From the IMG/VR virus record IMGVR_UViG_3300034651_000168: DNA of 50,400 nt. One strand, given 5' to 3'. The notes beneath the pieces were generated by a model, which was given only the letters and a program-made list of their open reading frames with translations, was not told where the DNA came from and ran no database searches. Shown here one piece after another: positions 23,682 to 33,181 of the stretch. The DNA is from a virus. Every line of letters starts with the position of its first letter. The stretch's first letter is position 1. The position numbers were made by a program, and so were the translations under genes.

Positions 23682-23861
23682 ATGAAAAATAAAACCGTTG
23701 TTAAACTTAGAAAAGCGAAAGAAGAAGGAATCCTAACCAATCAACAATTCAATACATTAAAAGGACAAGTTCTAAGCGGTCGTGAACGAGCGGCCGCCAA
23801 AGGATTTATGTCAATCATGAAATCAAATAAAAAAGAAAGAGAAAGGAAAGAAAACAATTGA
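23682..23861 (+). CDS. small basic hypothetical protein (59 aa, not in the ORF track)
   Basis: SD GGGGAAGGA. MKNKTVVKLRKAKEEGILTNQQFNTLKGQVLSG... Confidence 0.45.
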   Translation: MKNKTVVKLRKAKEEGILTNQQFNTLKGQVLSGRERAAAKGFMSIMKSNKKERERKENN

Positions 23862-24619
23862 AAATTGAAAAGAGAAATATCGACCTAATCAAACCGTATT
23901 GGAGAAACCCACGAAAGAATGAAAATGCAGTCGAAGCGGTGAAAGAATCTATTAAGCGTTACGGATACACGCAACCGATTGTCGTTGATAAGGATAACGT
24001 GATTATTGCAGGACACACACGCTATAAAGCGTTGCGTCAATTAGGATATAAAAATATTGCAGTCGTTCTATTGGATATAGACGAGGATAAGGCAAAGCAA
24101 TATCGAATCGCAGATAATAAAACAGCAGAAATGTCCGAGTGGGACGATGACCTTCTCATGTACGAATTAAGGGAAATCGAGGAACTAGAAGATATGACCA
24201 TCTTCTTTGACGATGGCGAACTAGACAGCCTATTAGATATACGAGATGAAGATTATGATTTTGACGATGACTTTGACGAGGAAGAAAGACGGGAAGAATT
24301 AGAAGAAGAAGCAAGAGCGACAGTCGTTGCTAGTCTAGGAACAGACGTAGATAAAGAAGATGAAGAAGTTCAAGAACAGATCGAGGAAAAAGTAGAAGCG
24401 CAAGTCAACGAGGAAATGAAAGAAGATATTCGAGAGAAAATGAAAGAAGAAAACGAGCGCATTAAAGAGCGAGAAAAAGAAATGAAAAACCAATTTAAAG
24501 AACGGACAGAGGACAGAGAGGACGATTACATTGAAATTCAGTGCCCACACTGCGATGAAAAATATATTCTTTCAAGGAGCGAACTACTTAGAGCCAACAA
24601 AGTACGAAGAACAGTATAA
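23858..24619 (+). CDS. second ParB-like N-terminal domain protein with acidic linker and C-terminal zinc knuckle
   Basis: PYWRNPRKN...GYTQPIVVDKDNVIIAGHTRYKAL pattern, as seen in ParB-methylase fusions. TTG start. Confidence 0.65.
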   Translation: MKIEKRNIDLIKPYWRNPRKNENAVEAVKESIKRYGYTQPIVVDKDNVIIAGHTRYKALRQLGYKNIAVVLLDIDEDKAKQYRIADNKTAEMSEWDDDLLMYELREIEELEDMTIFFDDGELDSLLDIRDEDYDFDDDFDEEERREELEEEARATVVASLGTDVDKEDEEVQEQIEEKVEAQVNEEMKEDIREKMKEENERIKEREKEMKNQFKERTEDREDDYIEIQCPHCDEKYILSRSELLRANKVRRTV

Positions 24620-25145
24620 CAACGAGATTTGCGAGCGAGAGAATAAAGAAATCCAGCGAATTATTAATAGCAATATTGATAACGATATTAATTTAATTCT
24701 TACAGACGTTGGTTGCGGAACAGGTTTAGGAAGTGAATTAATAGATAACCGTCATCAATACGTGGGGATTGACCGTTCGAAAAAGTCTATCGAGCATTGT
24801 AGGCAGGAAGATAAAAAAGGGATATTTATTAACGCAAACGCAGAGGAAATAATTCAGTACGTAGATTCGATTAACCCGATATTCCTTTTTTCGATAGATT
24901 ACTTGGATAACAACACGATTCAGAAGTTTATCGAGAAAACTGATAATATTTTTATAGCAGTTCACTATAATATGCCATATTTGAGCCGTACTTCTGTATA
25001 CAGTGGGAGAAAGTCTCTTTATCGACTGTTACACCCTAAAAGAAAAAGAAACGCTATGAGAGCATTATTTGAGCGTTTTAACGCAAGTACATTTAGATTA
25101 TTAGACGAGGATTATTATTACGTGACCATTATTAAAAAGGATTGA
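24531..25145 (+). CDS. class I SAM-dependent methyltransferase
   Basis: Motif I LTDVGCGTGLG. Overlaps the ParB-like ORF by 89 nt in another frame; the start is uncertain. Confidence 0.6.
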   Translation: MKFSAHTAMKNIFFQGANYLEPTKYEEQYNNEICERENKEIQRIINSNIDNDINLILTDVGCGTGLGSELIDNRHQYVGIDRSKKSIEHCRQEDKKGIFINANAEEIIQYVDSINPIFLFSIDYLDNNTIQKFIEKTDNIFIAVHYNMPYLSRTSVYSGRKSLYRLLHPKRKRNAMRALFERFNASTFRLLDEDYYYVTIIKKD

Positions 25146-25429
25146 GCGGAATGAATAGGCAGAAATTTGATGATTACATTCAAAAAGTAAGATGGCAGGA
25201 AGCAAAAACGTATCGAAAAACAGCACCGCATGAGTATACGATTCGATGGTGGAGAAAAGACTTGGAGCAGGAATTTATAGACGTTGTTCTCTTTATCCGA
25301 GAGCATGGCGTAAAAGAGAAGTTTTTCAGCAAGACGTTCATCTATTTTTATCATGGTGATTACAAATATTGGACAATGGGAGACCCTTTAGAAACGACTT
25401 GGGTATTAAACCGAGCATTAGTAAATTGA
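25142..25429 (+). CDS. hypothetical protein
   Basis: ORF overlaps the methyltransferase stop. Start is either TTG 25142 or ATG 25151. Confidence 0.6.
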   Translation: MSGMNRQKFDDYIQKVRWQEAKTYRKTAPHEYTIRWWRKDLEQEFIDVVLFIREHGVKEKFFSKTFIYFYHGDYKYWTMGDPLETTWVLNRALVN

Positions 25430-25442
25430 AGGGGGGATAACA

Positions 25443-25964
25443 TTGGCAAAACGAGGGAGACCCGAGAAATTAACGGACGATATAAGAAAAGATATTATTA
25501 AGGTTATCCGTAGCGGAAACTATATCGAGACAGCCTGCGCTTATGTAGGAATCAACAAGACAACCTTCTATGACTGGTTAAAAAAAGGAGCAAGAGAAAA
25601 GCAACGAGTAGAGGATAATCCAAGAGCCAAAGTCAGAAAGGATTTGCAGAAATATGTCGATTTTTCCGAGGAAGTAGACAAAGCACTTGCACATGCAGAA
25701 ATCCGAGATGTTGCGATTATAGGGAAAGCAGCAGAAAAAGAATGGCAAGCGGCCGCATGGAGATTGGAAAGAAAGTTCCCCGACCGATGGGGAAGAAAGG
25801 ACAAACATGCATTGGAGCATACGGGAAAAGAAGGTGGTCCGATAGAAACAAGTCAAAAACAGGAATTGGACTTGTCCAACTTGACGGACAAGGAGTTGGA
25901 GCAACTTGAAAACATCATTACAAAGTCTACCGACACTCAAACAGATACAACAGGAGAAAGCTAG
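25443..25964 (+). CDS. terS: terminase small subunit
   Basis: N-terminal HTH ...IETACAYVGINKTTFYDWLKKG. Lies directly upstream of terL. TTG start behind SD GGGGGGA. Confidence 0.75.
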   Translation: MAKRGRPEKLTDDIRKDIIKVIRSGNYIETACAYVGINKTTFYDWLKKGAREKQRVEDNPRAKVRKDLQKYVDFSEEVDKALAHAEIRDVAIIGKAAEKEWQAAAWRLERKFPDRWGRKDKHALEHTGKEGGPIETSQKQELDLSNLTDKELEQLENIITKSTDTQTDTTGES

Positions 25965-27357
25965 AAGGAAACTTATTGACTTCACAACTTACACGAAGCC
26001 CGAATATGACGTGAACTGGCACCATCGAAACCTTGGAGACGCATTAGATAAAATGGCAAGACGAGAAATAAAGCGTTTGATGGTTTTTATGCCACCACGT
26101 CATGGGAAATCAGAACTTGTTTCAAGGCGATTCCCTGCCTATATTCTAGGTAGAAATCCGAACGCAAACATCATAGCAACGAGTTATAGCGGTGGTCTTG
26201 CAAGTAGCATGAACAGAGACGTTCAACGTATTATCGACAGCGAGGAATATTACGAGTTATTCCCCGAAACACAATTAAGCGGTTCTAACAAGACGATAGG
26301 GAAAGGAAACTATATCCGAAATTCAGATATGTTTGAAATAGTAGGATATGAAGGCGGTTATGTATCAGCAGGTGTTGGCGGTGGAATCACAGGACGTGGA
26401 GCGGATTTTGCTATTATTGATGACCCAGTTAAGAACAGGAAGGACGCAGAAAGTAAAGCGTATCGAGATTCAACCTATGATTGGTTCACTTCCACGCTAT
26501 ACACACGTTTGGAAAAAGACGCTTGTGTACTCATAACGCTCACACGTTGGCATGAGGACGACCTAGCAGGGAGACTATTAGCGAACGCAAAGAATAATCC
26601 AGAAGCCGATCAATGGCACGTTATAAGCTATCCTGCGATATATAACGAAAACGCTAAAAACCTAGACCCAACCGACCCAAGAGAACACGACCAAGCGTTA
26701 TGGCCTGCGAAATATGACCGTAAAGCATTAGGGGCGATTAAGTCCACCGTAGGAAGTTACGAATGGAGCGCACTCTATGACCAAAATCCTTCACCTCCTA
26801 GCGGTAGTATCGTTCAACGTGATTGGATTAAATATTATAAGTTCCTTCCTAGTAAATTTGATGAAGTCATTCAATCATGGGATTTTGCCTTTGATGGAAA
26901 AGAAAAGTCATCATATGTCGTTGGTCAAGTATGGGGAAGAATCGGAGCAGACAAATATCTCATAGACCAAGTAAGGGATAGAATGAACTTTACGGAATCT
27001 ATACGAGCGTTAAAAAACATGTCAGCAAAACACCCGAGAGCAAAAGCGAAACTAATTGAAAATAAGGCGAACGGTCCAGCGATTATTTCAACCATGAAAA
27101 AAGAAATAAGCGGATTAATACCTGTTCAACCCGATGGAACGAAAGTCGAACGCTTATATGCGGTTACACCACAGTTTGAAGCAGGAAACGTTTATATCCC
27201 CGACCCTAGCACAGCACCATGGGTAGGAGATTACGTTGAGGAACTAACATCATTCCCTAGTTCAGCAAATGATGACCAAGTCGATACAACGACACAAGCC
27301 TTGAATAACCTAGATAAACGCAAGAAAGGTGCGAAAGTTACTGTACGAAGTTATTAA
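25906..27357 (+). CDS. terL: terminase large subunit
   Basis: Walker A-like MPPRHGKSE, Walker B FAIIDDP, and a C-terminal nuclease region ending ...DDQVDTTTQAL. Confidence 0.85.
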   Translation: MKTSLQSLPTLKQIQQEKARRKLIDFTTYTKPEYDVNWHHRNLGDALDKMARREIKRLMVFMPPRHGKSELVSRRFPAYILGRNPNANIIATSYSGGLASSMNRDVQRIIDSEEYYELFPETQLSGSNKTIGKGNYIRNSDMFEIVGYEGGYVSAGVGGGITGRGADFAIIDDPVKNRKDAESKAYRDSTYDWFTSTLYTRLEKDACVLITLTRWHEDDLAGRLLANAKNNPEADQWHVISYPAIYNENAKNLDPTDPREHDQALWPAKYDRKALGAIKSTVGSYEWSALYDQNPSPPSGSIVQRDWIKYYKFLPSKFDEVIQSWDFAFDGKEKSSYVVGQVWGRIGADKYLIDQVRDRMNFTESIRALKNMSAKHPRAKAKLIENKANGPAIISTMKKEISGLIPVQPDGTKVERLYAVTPQFEAGNVYIPDPSTAPWVGDYVEELTSFPSSANDDQVDTTTQALNNLDKRKKGAKVTVRSY

Positions 27358-27377
27358 TATTAATATTGATATTAAAA
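27353..27377. repeat. AT hexamer array 4
   Basis: ATTAATATTAATATTGATATTAAAA overlaps the terL stop. Confidence 0.6.
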
Positions 27378-27402
27378 GCGATAGAAGAAGGAGCGTAAAG
27401 GA

Positions 27403-28842
27403 ATGGCGACCACAAAAGCATATATCTTAGATGATGGGGAAGTTGTATCCAAAAGTTACCTAGATAAATACGCACTAAAAGAGGAATCCAACAAGATTCC
27501 TAGTGATACGTTTGAAAAAGCGTATGGCGGTCACGATTTAGTCGAGCCATTATATAACCTAGAAGCGTTGGCACAACTAATGGAAATCAACACCTATCAT
27601 TATCGAGCAGTAAAGACAAAAGCGAGGGATATTGCAGGTTTAGGGTGGGATTTGATACCTAGAGAAGATGTCGAAAATCCGAATGAAGAACAAAAGAAAA
27701 AAGCGACATACTTCTTAAAGAATTGCAATCCTACATTAACGCTCACAGAGATTAACGACAAGGTAATGGTAGACCACGAAGCCACAGGAAATGGATATTT
27801 TGAAGTTATTCGAGATTCCAACGATGAAGAAGTCGTTGGACTTGAACATCTTCCTTCCCACACGATACGAGTACACAAGGACATGAATCGTTTTGTTCAA
27901 ATAAGGGGGAATAAAAAGGCATGGTTTAAGCGGTTTGGATACGAGAAGGATTTACATGTAAGAACAGGAGAACTTTATGATTTAGGAACATTAGACGAAA
28001 AAGACCGAGCCAACGAGATAATGCAGTTAAAGAACTATACGAGCCGAAGCGATTATTACGGGATTCCCGATGTGATTCCTGCCTTATCCTCTATTCTAGG
28101 AGATAGGGAAAGACAGGAATATAACATTTCTTTCTTTGATAATCATGCGATTCCTGCATACGCTGTAACGGTAACAGGAGCGGAATTAGACGAAGAAACA
28201 GAAGCGCAGATAAAACGATTCTTCCAACAAGACGTAAAGAAGCAGAATCATTCTACCCTAGTTCTAACAGCGAAAAAATCCGATAATGATTATGACGCAG
28301 AGCCAGTCGAATTTAAGTTTGAAGCATTAAGCACAGACGTAAAGGAAGCGAGTTTCACCACGTACAGAAAGGATAACCGAGACGAAATCCTTTCATCACA
28401 TGGCGTTCCACCATATCGAGCAGGAATCACCGTAGAAGGACAAATGGGAGGAAGTTCAGCCGAAGAAACAACCGAGATATATAAGCAGTCTATCGTTAAG
28501 CCGAAACAGGAAGTCTTAGAAAGTCGAATCAACCGTTTTATCCTTCAAGAAGGTTTGGAAATCACAGATTGGAAATTCAAATTTGCGGAGATTGATACAC
28601 GAGACGAAGACAAAGAAGTTGACCGATTGAAAGTTTTATTTGATATGGGAGCGTACAGCCCGAATATGATTCTTGAAAAAATGGGAGAGGAACGCATAAA
28701 CAATCCTAATATGGATAGGCACTTTATTAATGGACAACCGATAGATACAACGAGCGAGGAAACAAGAGCAATCATGAATAGCTTAAAATCGTTGCACGAG
28801 CAATTAATAAGTATTGCTACAAAGGGAAATCAGAATGAATAA
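27403..28842 (+). CDS. portal protein
   Basis: Size and position fit a portal. YYGIPDVIPALSSILGDRERQEYNISFFDNHAIPAYAV is a typical portal core. Confidence 0.85.
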   Translation: MATTKAYILDDGEVVSKSYLDKYALKEESNKIPSDTFEKAYGGHDLVEPLYNLEALAQLMEINTYHYRAVKTKARDIAGLGWDLIPREDVENPNEEQKKKATYFLKNCNPTLTLTEINDKVMVDHEATGNGYFEVIRDSNDEEVVGLEHLPSHTIRVHKDMNRFVQIRGNKKAWFKRFGYEKDLHVRTGELYDLGTLDEKDRANEIMQLKNYTSRSDYYGIPDVIPALSSILGDRERQEYNISFFDNHAIPAYAVTVTGAELDEETEAQIKRFFQQDVKKQNHSTLVLTAKKSDNDYDAEPVEFKFEALSTDVKEASFTTYRKDNRDEILSSHGVPPYRAGITVEGQMGGSSAEETTEIYKQSIVKPKQEVLESRINRFILQEGLEITDWKFKFAEIDTRDEDKEVDRLKVLFDMGAYSPNMILEKMGEERINNPNMDRHFINGQPIDTTSEETRAIMNSLKSLHEQLISIATKGNQNE

Positions 28843-29707
28843 GGAAACAGCAAATAAAATGAATTTGAAGGTTGTCGAGTTCCTATCCAAATACGGAAGC
28901 TATCCTGCAGTTAAAAATGTAGACGAACGTATTTTGTCAGCAGAGAATCGGTTGAACAATAAATTATTACGATTACAGGCAGGAGTAGAAGCCGAGTTTA
29001 TTCAAGCGTTGAGAGAACGAGGTTATTTGTTCGGAACGTATCGAGAGCGGAAAAGATTTGTCAGTCAGATATTAGAAGTTCCTTTTAACGAAATGAAAAC
29101 TGTTATTGCAGATGAAGCGGTTGAAAGTGCGGAATTAGGGAGACAGATCACATTCGAGGAAATCCTTGAACAAGGAATGGAAGTCGTTTTTAACCAGTTC
29201 AGCGAACAAGTTCAACAAAGACTATGGGAAAAGACGTATCAGTTTTCCGAGGATACGTTTATGCGAATACAAGGCGATTTTATTCAAACGTTGACAAATG
29301 GATATGATGAAGGACTAGGGATAGATGAAGTAGCAAGGAATTTAAGAGGGGATTTTAAAGACCTTAGAGATAACCGACTTAAAACGATTGCCCGAACAGA
29401 AATTCAATCCTCACAGAACGAAGGTTCACACCAAACCATGAGAGACTATGGCGTTCGATATAAGCAATGGTTGACGGTAGGAGATAGTAGAGTTCGAGGA
29501 CGTGACCCAGACGATAGATACGACCATATTCATTTACATGGTCAAGTTGTAGAAATGGACGAGCGTTTTAGTAATGGCATGAATTATCCTGGGGAACGAA
29601 GCGGAGATATTGGGGATTGGATTAATTGTAGATGTAGGGAACGCCCTTATATTCCAAGAAAAGGCGAGACTATCCTTGTTACACCGTATTATCCGAGTGC
29701 TTCATGA
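28835..29707 (+). CDS. head morphogenesis protein (SPP1 gp7 / Mu F-like)
   Basis: RTEIQSSQNEGSHQ...WLTVGDSRVRGRDPDDRYDHIHLHGQV pattern. Confidence 0.8.
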   Translation: MNKETANKMNLKVVEFLSKYGSYPAVKNVDERILSAENRLNNKLLRLQAGVEAEFIQALRERGYLFGTYRERKRFVSQILEVPFNEMKTVIADEAVESAELGRQITFEEILEQGMEVVFNQFSEQVQQRLWEKTYQFSEDTFMRIQGDFIQTLTNGYDEGLGIDEVARNLRGDFKDLRDNRLKTIARTEIQSSQNEGSHQTMRDYGVRYKQWLTVGDSRVRGRDPDDRYDHIHLHGQVVEMDERFSNGMNYPGERSGDIGDWINCRCRERPYIPRKGETILVTPYYPSAS

Positions 29708-29743
29708 AAAAGAAAAGAGCATGTTATTCATGCTCTTATTTTT
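29707..29743. terminator. bidirectional terminator
   Basis: 9-bp stem AAGAGCATG-N5-CATGCTCTT flanked by an A-run and a T-run. Confidence 0.75.
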
Positions 29744-30122
29744 CGTATAAATATTCTGTATGAACGGTTCCTAGTTCTTCCAATCCTGTTTGCGTCAATC
29801 CTTTTTCCGTATTAGCGAATCGAGCACGCATAATAGGTTCTTCTAGTTCATCATCACCATCATGGTTCTTATCACCTTTCATAACGATATGCATATAAAC
29901 CGAATCTGCGTCATCGTATTCCCCACTATTATTTATATCTTTAATAATTTCCATTAACGAATCGTTATCCGTTACTTCTGTTTCAACACGTAAATGCTGT
30001 TGGTTCGATTCATCTAACCGTTCATCGAATATCTCATAATCTACCGAAGCGGAATCACCCGAACAAGCGGAAAGAAAGAAAATCATAGCGAACGCACCTA
30101 CCAATATTTTTAAGTATTTCAT
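29736..30122 (-). CDS. lipoprotein encoded by an opposite-strand moron in the head module
   Basis: Signal peptide plus lipobox MKYLKILVGAFAMIFFLSAC. Own SD GGGGGAA and a -10 TATAAT upstream. Confidence 0.8.
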   Translation of the reverse strand: MKYLKILVGAFAMIFFLSACSGDSASVDYEIFDERLDESNQQHLRVETEVTDNDSLMEIIKDINNSGEYDDADSVYMHIVMKGDKNHDGDDELEEPIMRARFANTEKGLTQTGLEELGTVHTEYLYEK

Positions 30123-30279
30123 ATTAAGTTCCCCCTGTTTTATTAACTTATCTAAGGATATTATACGACCTTCTATTTGTCGAATAAAGAGTAAGATAGC
30201 TTTTTTTTAATACTTTAAGTGGGTGGAAAACAATACTAAACAATGAAAAAATGAATTTTAAAGGAGTTGATAAAAGGAT

Positions 30280-31737
30280 ATGGCGGAACTTACAGCACCA
30301 TTCGTATTTAAAAATGACGAAAAGCGCATAGTTTACGGTCCCGTCCTTATACCCGATGAACCCGACACAGACGATGACGTTGTGACAGCAGAACAAATTG
30401 AAACTGTCGCTCACAACTTTGTTGAAGAATACGGAAACATTGATTTAATGCACTCTTTAAATAACGTAGGTAAGATGATTGAATCCTATATTTTGCCTAT
30501 GGATTTAGAGTTGGAGAATGATGTCATCGTTCCCAAAGGAAGTTGGATGTTAGGAGTAAGAGTGACGAATGATGATTCTTGGCAAGCGGTGAAAGATGGG
30601 AAGTTAAGCGGTTTTTCTATCATGGCGATTGAAAGAATGGCTATGAAATCAGCAGATAACACCACCGAGAAAAATCAATCACAGAAACGAACAACACTAG
30701 CAGATTTAGAAGATGGTTGGATAGTAAACGCTGTTAGTCTTGTAGACGAGCCAGCAGTACCGAAAGCCAAGTTTATTGCGATTAAGAGTAAAGCCAAGAA
30801 GAAGGGAGAAGAAATCACAGAGGAAACGGTTCAGAAAGCAATTAATGGCTCAATCGAACATCGAAAGCAGTTAGTCAGAAGCAAAGTTTATCAGACGTTC
30901 GATAGCGATAGAACAGATTCATATGTTCATTCGACCTTAGATGATTCAGTTATTATCCGAATCGATGATTACGTTACGAATCAAAGCAAGATGTATCAAT
31001 TAGGATATTCGATAGACGAACAAGGGAATGTAGAATTTACAAGCGAGCCAGAGGAAGTAAGGATTGAGGAAACCGTTGTCACTGTTCAAGGAAATCAAGG
31101 AATTTCAACGAACAGCAAAGAGGAATCCGAAACCGATACTTCTAAAAAAGAAAAAGAGGAAGAAGGCGTTTTTTCCAAACTGTTCAAGAAATTAGGTTTA
31201 CGTTCTAGCGAAAAAGCAGGACGAACTATATCAGACGCCAATTTCAATAAATTAAAGGCAGCAAAAGAAGTCATTGACGAACTTTTAGCAGTTGGAGAAA
31301 GAGAAAGAAGCAATAAAAGTCAGAAGGGAGCAGAGGAAATGGAAAAAGAACAGGTTCAAGAAATGATTAACGAATCCGTAGAGCCGATTAACAGCAAGCT
31401 AGATGATGTTTTAAAATCCTTGAAAGCCGAAGCAAAAGGAGAAGGCTCAAACGAGGAAGAAACGGAAACATCAAATAAAGAGAAGGACGGCCAAGAAAAT
31501 AAAGGCGACAACCAAGAGAAAGACGAATCCACAAAAGACGATAATTCCACTAAGAACAAAGACGATAACGAGCAAGAAGATTATAAAGAAAAATACGAGC
31601 AAGCCATCAAACAGCTAGAAAAACGTCCATTCTCACATCGTTTAGCAGGACAAGATAACGATGGAGCGGAGAAATCGAAAGATGATGACGAGGAAACGGA
31701 AGAACGCAACGCATTTGGTTTTAAGCGTAAAGCGTAA
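30280..31737 (+). CDS. XkdF-like prohead protease fused to a scaffolding region
   Basis: N-terminus FVFKNDEKRIVYGPVLIPDEPDTDDDVV...GFSIM resembles PBSX XkdF. The C-terminus is a charged coiled coil. Confidence 0.7.
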   Translation: MAELTAPFVFKNDEKRIVYGPVLIPDEPDTDDDVVTAEQIETVAHNFVEEYGNIDLMHSLNNVGKMIESYILPMDLELENDVIVPKGSWMLGVRVTNDDSWQAVKDGKLSGFSIMAIERMAMKSADNTTEKNQSQKRTTLADLEDGWIVNAVSLVDEPAVPKAKFIAIKSKAKKKGEEITEETVQKAINGSIEHRKQLVRSKVYQTFDSDRTDSYVHSTLDDSVIIRIDDYVTNQSKMYQLGYSIDEQGNVEFTSEPEEVRIEETVVTVQGNQGISTNSKEESETDTSKKEKEEEGVFSKLFKKLGLRSSEKAGRTISDANFNKLKAAKEVIDELLAVGERERSNKSQKGAEEMEKEQVQEMINESVEPINSKLDDVLKSLKAEAKGEGSNEEETETSNKEKDGQENKGDNQEKDESTKDDNSTKNKDDNEQEDYKEKYEQAIKQLEKRPFSHRLAGQDNDGAEKSKDDDEETEERNAFGFKRKA

Positions 31738-31743
31738 AAATAA

Positions 31744-31772
31744 CAATATTAATATCAATATTAATTTTAATA
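31744..31772. repeat. AT hexamer array 5
   Basis: CAATATTAATATCAATATTAATTTTAATA lies just upstream of the capsid gene SD. Confidence 0.6.
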
Positions 31773-31785
31773 GGAGTGTTGGATA

Positions 31786-32715
31786 ATGAATAACCAAGAA
31801 ATGTTAGACAAAATTCATGGAGCATTGAAATCTATTATGACGAGCGATTTAGGTTCAAGTCGTTTAGCACGTTCTAAGCAACGACAGTTCGTTCGTACCG
31901 TTTCAAATGCGACACGAATTTTAGACGCAGCACGAAGAATTGATATGACTTCTCATACACACGATATTGACCGAGTAGGATTCGCAAGTCGTATTCTTCA
32001 AGGAGCGAAAGAAGGAACAGCCGAGGGTGTGGAAGAAAGTAAAACAGACTTCCATACGAACACGCTTGAAAGTGTCGAAGTTATGGCGATTGCAGGAATC
32101 ACAGATAGCACATTAGAGGATAACATCGAGCAAGACGGATTCGAGGATACACTTCTTGACCTTATAGCAGATCGTACAGGTATCGACCTTGAAGAACTAT
32201 TCCTTTTAGGCGATAAAGATTCAACTGATAGTTTCCTAAGCCTTACAGACGGTTGGTTGAAGAAATCCGCAAACGAGATTACGGGAACAGACTTTGATTC
32301 AACAGACCCCGAAGATATGTTTGACGCTATGATTAAAGCAGTTCCTAAGAAATATTTGCGTAACAGAGCAGATTGGACGCTTTGGGTACATTGGGATATT
32401 GAGGACGCTTATCGTGATATTTTACGTGAACGTGGAACTGGTTTAGGGGATTCAGCACAAACAACAGCACAACAATTATCCTATAAAGGATTTGCGGTAC
32501 AAGATTCAGCAAACATGCCCGAAGGTACTGCGTTCCTAGCACCTGCGACAAACCTTGTTTACGGTATCTATCGTGACATTTTTATCGAGCCAGACCGTAT
32601 GCCAAAGGCACGTAAGACAGACTTTGTTACAACATTACGTGTAGACGCTCATTTTGAAGATGAAAATGCGTCAGTTGTTGGACGAGGATTTGAAGTAGCA
32701 GGAACAGCACAATAA
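31786..32715 (+). CDS. major capsid protein
   Basis: 309-aa ORF directly after the protease/scaffold gene. Confidence 0.75.
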   Translation: MNNQEMLDKIHGALKSIMTSDLGSSRLARSKQRQFVRTVSNATRILDAARRIDMTSHTHDIDRVGFASRILQGAKEGTAEGVEESKTDFHTNTLESVEVMAIAGITDSTLEDNIEQDGFEDTLLDLIADRTGIDLEELFLLGDKDSTDSFLSLTDGWLKKSANEITGTDFDSTDPEDMFDAMIKAVPKKYLRNRADWTLWVHWDIEDAYRDILRERGTGLGDSAQTTAQQLSYKGFAVQDSANMPEGTAFLAPATNLVYGIYRDIFIEPDRMPKARKTDFVTTLRVDAHFEDENASVVGRGFEVAGTAQ

Positions 32716-32734
32716 GTAAAAGGGGGAACGAATC

Positions 32735-33178
32735 ATGAAAAAGTTAAAAGTTACGAATACAGGAAAGCGAATGCGTGACCGTTTAGGGTTGCGCTTTCTT
32801 CCTAACCAAGAGCAGGAAGTAGAGGTAAACAATCGACAATACTTGACACTAAAAGCGGTGAAAGATTTTGAAGTTGAAATTTTGGACGATACCAATAACA
32901 ATACTGATGATAATAGCGGTAACGATACTGATATTAATAATGAAAACGATATTAATGATAACGACAGCAACGATGAAACTAATAATGATGATGATTTAAA
33001 CGACACAGAAAGCGATTCTGACGAGGAATTGGATTATTACGACTTAAACATTGATGAAGTTTTAAAAGCAGTCAGAGAAGGCAAAATTGACGTAGACGAA
33101 GCTATTGCACGAGAAGTAGCAGGAAAAAATCGAGTAACCCTTCTTGACCAGTTGGAAGATATGAAACAAGGTGAATAA
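32735..33178 (+). CDS. hypothetical head-module protein with an Asp/Asn-rich low-complexity core
   Basis: DTNNNTDDNSGNDTDINNENDINDNDSNDETNNDDDLND tract, with a helical C-terminal domain. Confidence 0.65.
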   Translation: MKKLKVTNTGKRMRDRLGLRFLPNQEQEVEVNNRQYLTLKAVKDFEVEILDDTNNNTDDNSGNDTDINNENDINDNDSNDETNNDDDLNDTESDSDEELDYYDLNIDEVLKAVREGKIDVDEAIAREVAGKNRVTLLDQLEDMKQGE

Positions 33179-33181
33179 AAC

